Below, piece by piece: positions 1 through 10,286 of a stretch of 64,000 bases of DNA. The translations under genes and the position numbers were made by a program. The DNA lies in assembly GCA_964016885.1 (NCBI GenBank), contig OZ024748.1, forward strand, positions 39,804,001-39,868,000, read 5' to 3'. This stretch comes from Eledone cirrhosa. Taxonomy: Eukaryota. The first letter of the stretch is position 1, and the number at the start of each line of letters is the position of its first letter. Under the pieces are notes generated by a model that was given only the letters and a program-made list of their open reading frames with translations, was not told the DNA's origin and ran no database searches.

Positions 1-92
1 CATGACTGGTACTTTATTTTATCGGCCCTGTAAGGATGAAAGGCAAAGTTAACCTTGGCGGGATTTGAACTCAGTTTGTAAAGGACCGTAAA
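1..92 (-). mobile_element. tRNA-derived SINE family A, partial copy
   Basis: Reverse complement of the GAGTTCAAATCCCGCCGAGGTTAACTTTGCCTTTCATCC...GATAAAATAAAGTACCAG core seen about 9 times in the window. Confidence 0.8.
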
Positions 93-603
93 AAATAAGG
101 ATTTCTTTATTACATTCATTTATTTCGTGGATCGTGGGTTGTCTCCCCTTCCCACTTCGAGGTGCTATGATACTTCCTCAGCCAAAAACTGCTGGAATTT
201 CAAATTTGGCAGTCATTCGAGGCGAGAGAGAGTAACTTTACGGACACGATTTTTGACTGCGGTAAGAAATTATTTTCTTATATCAAAGTTTAACGGGCTT
301 CCACTGATGATTTATAAGTGCCACCTAAATATATTCGTACATGAATATATATTAGGCTTCTACATAAACTGGAAAAATTCTCCCAACTTGTAGAAAACTT
401 ATAATGAAACAATTGTTTGGAAAGAGATATACTTTAACTTTAATTATATCTCATAAAATAATACAACTGGTTTTTCCACATTATACATATTGTTAGCACC
501 CCAAACACTTAAATTGGGTTTATATTTAAATATAACCTACTGTTTGTTGAGTGAGATGGTTACCAGTCAGAGTTTAGCTTTAAACTATCTCTGTTATTGT
601 ATT

Positions 604-704
<101 letters not shown>

Positions 705-709
705 ATATT

Positions 710-1391
710 TGGGGAGGGTCATATTTGCGTAATATTGCCAGAATTAATAACAGAACACACTCACTGTTTGGTTGGTTTTCGCTTCTCGCTGTCTTTTATA
801 TATATATATCTGCGATCTAACTTACTCGGTCCTCAATGTTGCCATTGACTGACCGGCGGTCAAAAATAATACAGATACAATATAGATACAAACACATATA
901 TATAGTTTACATAATTTACATAAATCTTTCGTTGCACATCTGCAACATCGTCAGTGGTGTTATATTCATTGTTCCTCCTGTTGTGTTGTATGTCTACGCC
1001 ATTTTTTTTGTTCAGTCTGTCTATATATTTATTTATTTATTTGCTTGTTTGTTTATCTTATTTTATTTTGTCTTCTTTGCGCATGCGTTTGCGTATGTGT
1101 ATAGTGTTATGTGTGATGTGTGACTAGTGTGTATAGTGTTGTGTCTGCAGGACTAGTGTGTGTTTATGTGCTTGTGTATGTATTTGTTTATCTTATTTTA
1201 TTTAATTTTATTTACTTATTTATACTTCTCTTAGGTCAGTGTTGTTTGTTTGGGTGTTGTTGTTGTTCCACTCATTCTTTCTGTTTAGCTTTGGTCTTCT
1301 TATTTCTATTTCACTGGCCTCTCTGATTTGCCTATCTGCTGGGTCATTCCTATGTTTAGATATTATTCTAATTTCTATGTTGTCTATGTTA
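710..1391. mobile_element. Non-autonomous repeat, truncated copy of the element at 32663-33429
   Basis: Aligns along its length (with indels) to 32663-33307 and starts at GGGGAGGGTCATATTTG after a (TA)n tract. Confidence 0.7.
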
Positions 1392-1970
1392 CAGTAAAGT
1401 GATCAGTGAAAAAAAACTTGGTACATCTACATATGTATACGTGTGTGTATTCATATACATACTAGTATTTCAGTATACATATATGGATGTACATCTTTGA
1501 CTTAATTGTTTGAGCGTCAGTCATACAAAAGTGAGTTACAAACGAAACGAAATTTAATTTCGTTTCGTTATTTGTTTTTATCGTCTCCGTTGAACCGGTA
1601 CTTACTCACACTCTATGCAAGTTGGTCTGCCCACTACTAATTTTCATAGAAAAAGCATATAGCGATATGTGCTTTTACGATTCTCTAGAGAGGCCGGAAG
1701 ATAGGTAAATATTGCTGATGAGTTGTAACAACAACGAAACTAGTTCAATATTCCTTGTCTGGCTTTCTGGAGAATAGAGGAAAGGTGTTTCCTCAAAAAC
1801 CAGTATGACTCTAAAAACCGGTTTGTCTGTGTGTTTACATACAGAATAGCTGGCCACTCACAGTAAAGTGATCAGTGAAAAAAAACTTGGTACATCTACA
1901 TATGTATACGTGTGTGTATTCATATACATACTAGTATTTCAGTATACATATATGGATGTACATCTTTGAC

Positions 1971-1976
<6 letters not shown>
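1391..1976 (+). mobile_element. Element bounded by ~116 bp direct repeats and containing a hammerhead (Penelope pLTR/retrozyme-like)
   Basis: 1391-1506 is repeated at 1861-1976 (470 bp period); hammerhead at 1708-1752. Confidence 0.6.
1708..1752 (+). ncRNA. Minimal type I hammerhead ribozyme
   Basis: AATATTG-CTGATGA-GTTGT(AACA)ACAAC-GAAA-CTAG-TT-CAATATT: complete core, 7 bp stem I, 5 bp stem II, palindromic stem III. Confidence 0.85.
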
Positions 1977-2003
<27 letters not shown>

Positions 2004-2006
<3 letters not shown>

Positions 2007-3200
2007 TATAAAGCTAACGGCCGTATGTATGTAACAAACTTTTCGCCAAACGGCTGGACCAAACAGAACAAATTTACACTATAGATGTAACTTTTTCCAA
2101 GTAAAAAAGTGAGGGTATTTTTGTCTACTGAATTTTGTTAAAAGATTAAAGACATTATTTAAATATTCACTTCTTTAAAATTTCAAATGTCAACACTTCC
2201 TGTTATACGACATTCCTCACTTTTTTTCGTCGCACAACATTCCCCTCTTTTTCTTAGTCTGTCTTTTTAGATAGATATAGGGCTATAACGTAGCGTCTTT
2301 ATAATATGTCTCTGTAGGTCTGGCTGTCTGTATTAGATAACGTTTTTCGAAATATTTACTTCTGGGTTCACAGATTGATTTTTTTTAGTTTCAGAAGTTA
2401 AGGGTGAAAGCCTTTGCTTAAACATTGTTATTTTAATATATATATTCGTGTACAGATATTTTGCATACACAAAAACAAAAACCTATTTATTTCACTAAAG
2501 CACAGACGGCTTATCGTCATTGTTACTGTTCGAGGTTAGAGGACCACAGTCTTTCCAAGATCTGAGAACCATCAATAGCCAACAATGTTCCACTTACCGT
2601 TTGGCTTGCCAGATGCGTGGTTTGTTACACAATGACACCTATTGGCACCTCACCCTACAAGAAGCAGCAACTGCTAAAATCCCTTCTCAGCTGCGAAAAC
2701 CTTTTGCTATTATGCTGCACAACTGTGATCTCGCCACCCCGAAAGTCTAGCTGAGGACATCCTCCACCGCACACGCAGACACAATCCGAGCGTAACATAC
2801 GATGTCGTTTTCAATGAGGCGCTCATCTGTCTTGAAAACAGTCTCCTGGAGATTGATGGTAGGCTTCTAAGTCACTACAGCTTACCTGCTCCTGGCAGGA
2901 GTGTCCTGAGGTCAATGTCTACAGAGCTTCTCCGTGAGACGAGCTACGAGATCAGTGCTTCTCCAGTGGTCAATTGTATGTAGGATGCTCTAGGGTGAGC
3001 TCGCCAAACAATCTCTTCATCTTTGCTCCGGAGGGCTGAACAAAAAATATTGTATACTCTGAGGCTCTAACAATGTAATTTAAATATTTTCTGTTACTTG
3101 GAATTTTCATTTTGGTTGTACAAATTATTGTTTGTTAAAAAATATGTTCTCTGTTCAGCCTTTATTGTTGTAACTCTCAATTATCTTTAACGTACTGGCT
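2004..3200 (+). mobile_element. Internally deleted Helitron (RepHel fragments); 3' end uncertain
   Basis: ORF 2520-2750 LLFEVRGPQSFQDLRT..TYRLAC..RGLL..W..TLQEAA..PSQLR..FA.ML, and ~2955-3075 GQLYVGCSRVSSPNNL..TKNIVYSEAL (PIF1 helicase C-terminus); Helitron-type TACTATAAAG..(TGTA)n 5' end. Confidence 0.75.
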
Positions 3201-3586
3201 GCTGAACTGGGGAATCCTAAAACTATTCAAACCCAACATCAGAGCACGTTAACCATTTGGATAGTGAAAGAAAAAGAGAAAAATTTCAAATCTTTTATGA
3301 GGGATATGCAAATGAAGTAGAAGGGTAGACTGAAAATATCGTTATATTTAGACACCAGGTACATTTAAATAATTATTAGGATACTTTATAAAAGAAGATG
3401 AAGCAGAAGAAGGAAGAAAGATAGGCTCATATTATTATTAGGGTGCAAGTAGATTTAAAAATTAAAAATGTGTTGAAGTGGTAGAATACTAAACCAAAAA
3501 GTTTTCAATATATAACCAAATCATGAGTTATAATATATATATAATGTATATAATTATTTTTTAAGGAATTAAGGTTGTAGGTACAC

Positions 3587-3700
3587 TTTAGCTTATTATA
3601 TTGCAACCAGTCAGTTTAGCTTATTATATTTAAACCAGTCAATTTAGCTTATTATATGGAAACCAGTCAATTTAGCTTATTATATTGCAACCAGTCAATT
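3587..3700. repeat. 28 bp tandem repeat x4 (also at 38607-38720)
   Basis: TTTAGCTTATTATATTGCAACCAGTCAA units. Confidence 0.85.
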
Positions 3701-3804
3701 ATATACATATTTATATAAATAGATAAAAATATATACATGCTGTTATTAATTCAAATATAATTTAAGCGTTACGAAGGATATGTGTTTACATTTTCAATAT
3801 ATAG

Positions 3805-3875
3805 TTAAGAAAAAAAAGTCCAAGATGGCACGGATGGGGTGGTCAGGAAGGAGACGTCCATACCATAATGCCAAT
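3805..3875 (+). CDS. Predicted upstream exon of tryptophanase-like pseudoenzyme copy A
   Basis: ttttcaatatatAG acceptor and AT|GTAAGA phase-2 donor. Open frame LRKKSPRWHGWGGQEGDVHTIMP, with ATG at 3868, splices in frame to 4434. Both differences from copy B are synonymous Gly codons in this frame. Confidence 0.55.
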
Positions 3876-3974
3876 GTAAGACAGTAGCTATTGTCATTTT
3901 ATCGTGTCAGTTGATATTACGTTAAATATAATTCCGGTTTTATCTGTGATTTACTGATATAGCTTACGTCAATT

Positions 3975-4370
3975 GTTTCTTCTTCGTCCAGTTATTTCTG
4001 AGAGGGTCGTGGGGTCAGAGTCCTCCAACACTCCTTCCAGCAAGTCAGGTCAGAAGCAACCGTTTCCAACTGATCCGGCTGGATCTCCCAAGCATGACCA
4101 GCCAAGTTCATCGATCTTAGCAAACCATCTTACTCAGGGTGGGTCGATCCCTGGGTCTCTTGTCGGTTTGTTTTGCCCGTAAAATCTGTCCGGTGATTCT
4201 TTCCTGAGACATTCTAACCACATGTCCATAGTATCACAGCTGTGATCTCTCAATTCGGAGAAGTAGCGGCTCTACCTGGAGTAACTCTCTGATCTCAGAA
4301 CTACGCACTCTATCGAGTAACATTACTCCAAAGACCCTTCAGAGGAATCCCATTTCGGCCGCTTGTATTG
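3975..4370 (-). mobile_element. RTE-type LINE 3' fragment inside the predicted intron
   Basis: Homologous to the fragments at 7660-8290, 42630-43420 and 48760-48985 (AAEMGFL..IERSQL.YYGHVVRM-like RTE C-terminus). Confidence 0.65.
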
Positions 4371-4433
4371 TTTCTATTTACGAAATAACACAACTGAGGA
4401 TTTTAATAGTGTCAAATTTTCGTTTCCTTTCAG

Positions 4434-5931
4434 TTCCGACTTTATCGAACCATTTAAAATACATATCGTAGAGAACATAAAGATCAATAACCGTAACGAC
4501 AGATTAATTGCTCTCGAGAAAGCTGACTACAACATCTTTAAATTACAACCTGAAGATGTCATGATCGATTTCCTTACAGATGCTGGCACTAATGCTTTCA
4601 GTCTTGAACAAAACGCAAGAATATGGATGGGTGATGAAAGTTATGCCGGATCTACTAGTTATGAAACTTTGAAAGACACGGCAACATATATTTCTGGTTT
4701 TGAAAACATTCTGCCAGTTTTTTCTGAATGTATCAGCGAAGAAATTGTCGCTTCTTATTTCACAAAAGCTGGAGATAAGGTTATTGGGAATACTTTTACT
4801 TATTCATTTGAGAAGCATATAAAGGATCTTCATGCTGAAGCGATTTCTTTGTTAGATTGGTCAGATAATAATTTTGCAGGAAATCTAGATGTTCAAGCAC
4901 TCAAAAACTTATTGGCAGAAAATGATAAAAAATCAATTTCCTTTCTTATAATGAATGTACCAGCAAAAAGTAGTGGTGGCCAACCAGTTAGTATGTCAAA
5001 CATGAAAGCAGTTTCTGATCTCTGTCGCGAACATTCGATTCCGATATACATCGAAAGTAGTATGTATGGTGAGAACTGTTGGCTCAATAAAATGTACGAA
5101 GAGGCTTACTTCAATAAATCGTTAGTTGAGATATCGCAAGAAATGTTTTCTTTTTTCGATGGCTGCATTATTTCTGCTAAAAGAGATGGTAGAAGTGAGA
5201 TTGGAAGTGTCATTTGTCTTCAAGACAAAGAAATTACTCGAAAATTGGGCACTGTTATTACTCTTAAAGCAGGTTTCATAACTTATGGTGGGATGGCTGG
5301 CCGAGATATGGAAATGGTAGCGGATGGCATGCGAGGTGCTTTGGATGAACAACTGCAAGACTATCGACAAAAACAATTGGCATTTTTCAAAAGATCCCTG
5401 AAGGAATTTGGTGTTCCGATTGTGGAGCCAGTCGGTTGTAATACCATCTTCATTGATGCCGAAAATGCTTTTCCTAACTGTAAACACGCGTTTTATCCAG
5501 CCTGGTCTTTATCTTGTGCTGTTTATATCGTCGGGGGTATCCGATGCGCAGAGTTTGGTCAAGTTACTCGTCCAACAAGTAGCTTACCCACTAATCATTT
5601 TCTGAAAGACCGAGAATTACTAAAGCTTGAGATACCTCGTTTCATCTATACGACTTGTCACATTTTCTATGTTGCCTATGTTTTCGCTCAGCTTATTTCA
5701 CATGAAATGCTTTCTGGAATGAAACTTATTGCCTGCTCCGAAGACCAAATAAAAATCGTGAAAATAAAAATGAAACCAAATCATTCTCTGGAATATGACG
5801 ATATCCAACTCCTTCCGGTACAAGACTGTAAACACATTCACTTCTTTAAAAACATATCTAATCAAAGAGTTATGAAAAGAAATTCAATCGCCGAGGTATC
5901 TTCTATATGGTCAGTCGACATTCCTTCTTAA
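4434..5931 (+). CDS. Tryptophanase/tyrosine phenol-lyase-like protein lacking the PLP lysine (probable non-catalytic subunit), main exon, copy A
   Basis: EPFKI, YNIFKL..EDV.IDFLTDAGT, GDESYAGS, GGQPVSM.N, TYGGMAGRDME, GIRCAE motifs. SAKRD replaces SxKKD (AGA at 5182-5184). The ORF-track TTG start lies in a LINE fragment; the likely exon start follows tttcctttCAG (4431-4433). Confidence 0.9.
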
Positions 5932-6128
5932 AAAGGGGACAAACACGTTAGATAATGTAATCGTAGACACAAAAAAGACGTGGTAGTCATGATTGGAACG
6001 TCCCTGATCATATAATTGCTCTGTCAATGTTGACCTGAACTTAAACAACAGCTACAACAACACAGAGATTTTTTTTTTGTTGCACCCAAACAGGGTTCTG
6101 TAAATTCTAGATTGTACATTCTTTTATT

Positions 6129-6270
6129 CTTTTACTGGTTTCAGTCATTAGACTGTGGCCATGCTGGGGCACTGTTCTTTTACTGGTTTCAGTCATTAGA
6201 CTGTGGCCATGCTGGGGCAGTGGTCTTTTACTGGATTCAGTGATTCTACTGTGGCCATGCTAGGGCACCA
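6129..6270. repeat. 48 bp tandem repeat x3 (also at ~41147-41287)
   Basis: CTTTTACTGGTTTCAGTCATTAGACTGTGGCCATGCTGGGGCA units. Confidence 0.75.
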
Positions 6271-6459
6271 ATTGATTGTTAGTTTATTTTTTTTAATTGG
6301 TTTTATTACCAACAATTAAACTATTGAACTTGATTTTGAATAGAAAGTAAGGGAAAACATTGACAGTCTTGTCAAATATAGTTTTAATATTATGTTAACA
6401 AACCATGAAATAAAATATCTTTGGAAACTTAAATATATTTCTTGTGATGTTCTTTCTAC

Positions 6460-6748
6460 AATTATTTCACAAATATATAATTCATATGAAACATTGTGAT
6501 GTATGTTTCACCAATATATAATTAATATCAAACATTGTGATGTATGTTACACCAATATATAATTAATATCAAACATTGTGATGTATGTTTCACTAATATA
6601 TAATTAATATCAAACATTGTGATGTATGTTACACCAATATAAAATTAATATGAAACATTGTGATGTATGTTTCACCAATATATAATTAATATCAAACATT
6701 GTGATGTATGTTACACCAATATATAATTAATATCAAACATTGTGATGT
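6460..6748. repeat. 41 bp minisatellite
   Basis: CAATATATAATTAATATCAAACATTGTGATGTATGTTTCAC units; shorter in copy B. Confidence 0.9.
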
Positions 6749-7659
6749 GGTTGTGATAATTCGGGGAAAGATGGTACAACGAATATTAGATAAACTAAGG
6801 TGAAAAGATACAACAAATCAGCATTTTAAACTTTCGTCTTATATTTCTTGATGTTTTGAGGTGAGAAACTTTTTTCAAAAGAAAGAAATGGAGTCTGGTC
6901 TTGTCAACGCCCAAAGAAATGTTGATAAACGATTTATTTACATCAACTTATTATTGATGGTGACATGCTTTTGTTTCACTTTAAAAAAATATTATAATAA
7001 GGTGACATACTAATATAAATATTATTTTAAAAATAAAAAACAAATCTTGAAACATCTTATGACTGTGGCAGTGGCAAGGTTTATAGAGTTAAGAAGCCTC
7101 ACAACCATCTGATTTCTGGTTCCTTTAGACTACATGGCATCTTAAAGAAGCGTCTTTCTGCCATAGGTTCGAGTCAACAAAACGGACAGTTTGCCCTTTT
7201 CGGCTTGGCGGGCAGCAGGGCCTGGACTGGTGGTGGAATGCACCAGGTTGGCACTTGCAATTAATTGTAATATAACTGATAGATGTTGTTTCAATTCTGT
7301 GCCATTAATTGTAGATCAACGACAACATTGTTGCAGTAGTTATTTCAATTCTGTGCCATTAATAATCTGTGTTACGAACACTACATAAATAGTCTACAGG
7401 TGTTACCTTGATTTCACCAGATGGAAATATCAAAATCAAAATTGATTATGTAATTGTTCCAAACAATATTCTCGAAATGGTGAAAAACTGCCATGTGTAT
7501 ATTTCTACAGATATTGGTCTAGAATATTTCAACTTAGAGACTGGAAAACACAAACGTTATTATCATAAATGTACTGTGATTGTGTGAGGCTTAATTATTA
7601 AAGATTGTAAAATCCATTCCCAGTGAATTGGTCAAACTATATCCAAGAATTTTCTTTTT

Positions 7660-8291
7660 CTTCCTTCACTTATTCCTGAGAAGGTCGTGGGGGAAGAGTC
7701 TTGAAACACTCCTTCTAGCAGGTCCTGTCAGAAGCAACCATCTCCAACTGATTTGGCTGGATCCCCAAGCGAGACCTGCCAAGCTTATGGATGTTATCCA
7801 ACTATCTTGCTCAGGGTCTACTCCTGGGTCTCCTGCTGGTTGGTTTTGCCAATAAAATCTGTCCAGTATTTCCTTGGACATTCTAGCCATATAATATGTA
7901 ATATCAGAGCTATGATTTCTCAATTCGGAGAAGTATCAGTTCTACCAGGAGTGATTCACAAGTCTCCAAGCTACACACACTATCGAGTAATGATACTCCA
8001 AATACCCTTTTGGAGGAACCCCATTTTGGCTACTTGTATTTGCGATTGTATTCTTTCAGTCATTACACAAGATTCATGACCATAGGTAAGGGTTGGCACG
8101 AAAACCGAATTGAAGATAGTGAGTTTGGTATTTACACCTACCTCCCTTCTTCTGATTACCAAATGCCAAAGCTGTCACATTACTGCAGCAGCTCCTGCAA
8201 TTATTGCACTTAATTCGGCCTCCTGCCTTCCATCACTCGTGACCATGGCCCTGAGATACTTGAACTTCTCTACCAACTTCAGTAGAACTCC
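7660..8291 (-). mobile_element. RTE-type LINE fragment, truncated at the telomere-repeat junction
   Basis: TKLTIFNSVFVPTLTYGHESCVMT..IQVAKMGFL is typical of the RTE ORF C-terminal part; the sequence continues further in copy B. Confidence 0.75.
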
Positions 8292-9310
8292 CTAACCCTA
8301 ACCCTAACCCTAACCCTAACCCTAACCCTAACCCTACCCCTAACCCTAACCCTAACCCTAACCCTAACCCTAACCCTAACCCTAACCCTAACCCTAACCC
8401 TTATCCTAACACTACCCCTAACCATATTGGCCTGGTATGCTGAACAAACTCTAACTCTATCACTACGCCTAACCCTAACTCTAGCCATATTGGCCTGGTA
8501 TGCTGAACAAACTCTAACCCTAACCCTAACCCTAACTCTAAACATAACTCTGGCACTGACACTAATACTAACTCTAACCCTAACCCTAACACTAACCCTA
8601 ACACTAAAACTGACTCTAACCCTAACTTTAACCCTAACTCTAACCCTAACCTTTACTCTAACCCTAACACTAACACTAACTCAAACTCTTAACATTACTC
8701 TAACCCTAACTCTAACCTAACTTTAACTCTAAACCTAACTCTAACCCTAACACTAGCCCTAACTCTAACTCTAACTCTGACCCTAACGCTGACCATAAAT
8801 CTAAACCTAACTCTAACCCTAACTCTAACCCTAACTCTAATCTAAGCTTAACTCTAATCCTAACTCTAACCCCACCTCTAACTCTAAACCGTAACCTAAC
8901 TCTAACCCTAACTCTAACCCTAACTCTAACCCCAACTCTAACCTAACTCTAACCCTACCTCTAATTCTAGCCCTAACCCTACCCTTAACTCTAAACCTAA
9001 CTCTAACCATAACTCTAACCCTAACTCTAAGCCTGAATCTAATCCTAACTCTAAACTTAACACTATCCCTAACTCTAACCCTAACTCTAACCCTAACTCT
9101 AACCCTAAATCTATCCCTAACTCTAACCCTAACCCAAACCCTAACCCTACCTCTAACTCTAACCCTAACCCTAACTCTAACCCTAACCCTAACCCTAACT
9201 CTAACCCTAACTCTGACCCTACCTCTAACCCTACCTCTAACTCTACCCTTAACTCTGACTACAACCCTAATCAAACCCCTAACTGGTCTAACCCTAACTC
9301 TAACGAACCC
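8290..9310 (-). repeat. Interstitial telomere-like (TTAGGG)n tract, near-perfect at 8290-8400 and degenerate to the right
   Basis: (CCCTAA)n run, then mixed CTCTAA/CACTAA/CCCTAC units. Confidence 0.9.
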
Positions 9311-9729
9311 TCAATCTAAATACTTAGAGTCCCTGGTAAAGAATAAATAAGTTAAGTGGTCCTACATCTGTTTTAATGGAAAGTAGAACGGCGTGCTCAT
9401 CTACTCTCGGGATCCAGAGTGGAATAAACGGGGTTGTGGGGAAAATCGCTAATTTTTCTAGTTTGTCTCTGTGATTCTTTCTTAAACCAGAATTAGTCGT
9501 TTAGTTTACATATTGAAACCCCCTACCCATCTTATTTAATATGGGATTTCTAGTAATGTACTTCTATTTTGTCATGTGTGATCATTTTTTTAATGTCTAA
9601 ATAACATTAATTGTCGCAAGAATGCTACGACTTAAAATAATATTTCACCTGAGATAGATTAGTAAAATTTAATAAGTGGAAGTGGGTTAATCTGAAAAAT
9701 TTAATTTCCAGCAACGCTCTGAGAGTATA

Positions 9730-10050
9730 TCACATACACACATACATCCTGGTATACATATATATATACACATACACATATACATCCAGGTATACATATA
9801 TATACACATACACACATACATCCTGGTATATATAAACACACACACCCATACATATTCATCCAGGTATATATACACACACACATCCAGGTATATATATAGA
9901 CACATACACACATACATCCAGGTATATATATACACACATGCACATACAAACATCTAGGTATATATACACACTCACACACATCCAAGTATATATATAGACA
10001 CACTCACACACATCCAGGTATATATATAGACACATACACACACTCACAGG

Positions 10051-10141
<91 letters not shown>

Positions 10142-10203
10142 ATATATATATAGACACACATACACACACACAGGTATATATATAGACACACAAACATCCA
10201 GTA
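9730..10203. repeat. CA/TA-rich compound micro/minisatellite
   Basis: Repeated CACATACATCCAGGTATATATA units plus (CA)n. Confidence 0.85.
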
Positions 10204-10286
10204 CTGCAAACAAGTGTTTACAGTAGAATCTTTGCAACTAAACAGATTGTTAGGAACACGTGTAATTACTGTCTGAATAAAGTGAC

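Larger units (their letters stand above)
2004..8291. repeat. Segmental duplication copy A (~6.3 kb, ~99% identical to 37021-43259)
   Basis: Colinear sequence identity, including paired ORFs at an offset of ~35.0 kb. Confidence 0.95.

Noticed and set aside
120-190. Minus-strand CTGAGGA...GAAA hammerhead candidate
   Set aside because: Stems I-III do not pair adequately.
4363-4433. TTG start and N-terminal MYCFYLRNN... of the 522 aa ORFs
   Set aside because: It begins in a LINE fragment and crosses a polypyrimidine tract and acceptor, so it is probably intronic.
3825-4457. Spliced 24-codon upstream ORF (MARMGWSGRRRPY...) as a TnaC-like leader
   Set aside because: The length match is coincidental. 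It lacks the W12/D16/P24 pattern, the A/B changes are non-synonymous in this frame, and the context is eukaryotic.
4434-5931. Lys-less genes as decaying pseudogenes or bacterial contamination
   Set aside because: The ~500-codon frame is intact despite deep divergence, motif retention is selective, the splice acceptor is conserved and the flanks are host repeats.
8279-9274. Arg-Val / Leu-Thr repeat ORFs, and YI-repeat ORFs elsewhere
   Set aside because: They are translations of telomeric hexamers and (TA)n microsatellites.
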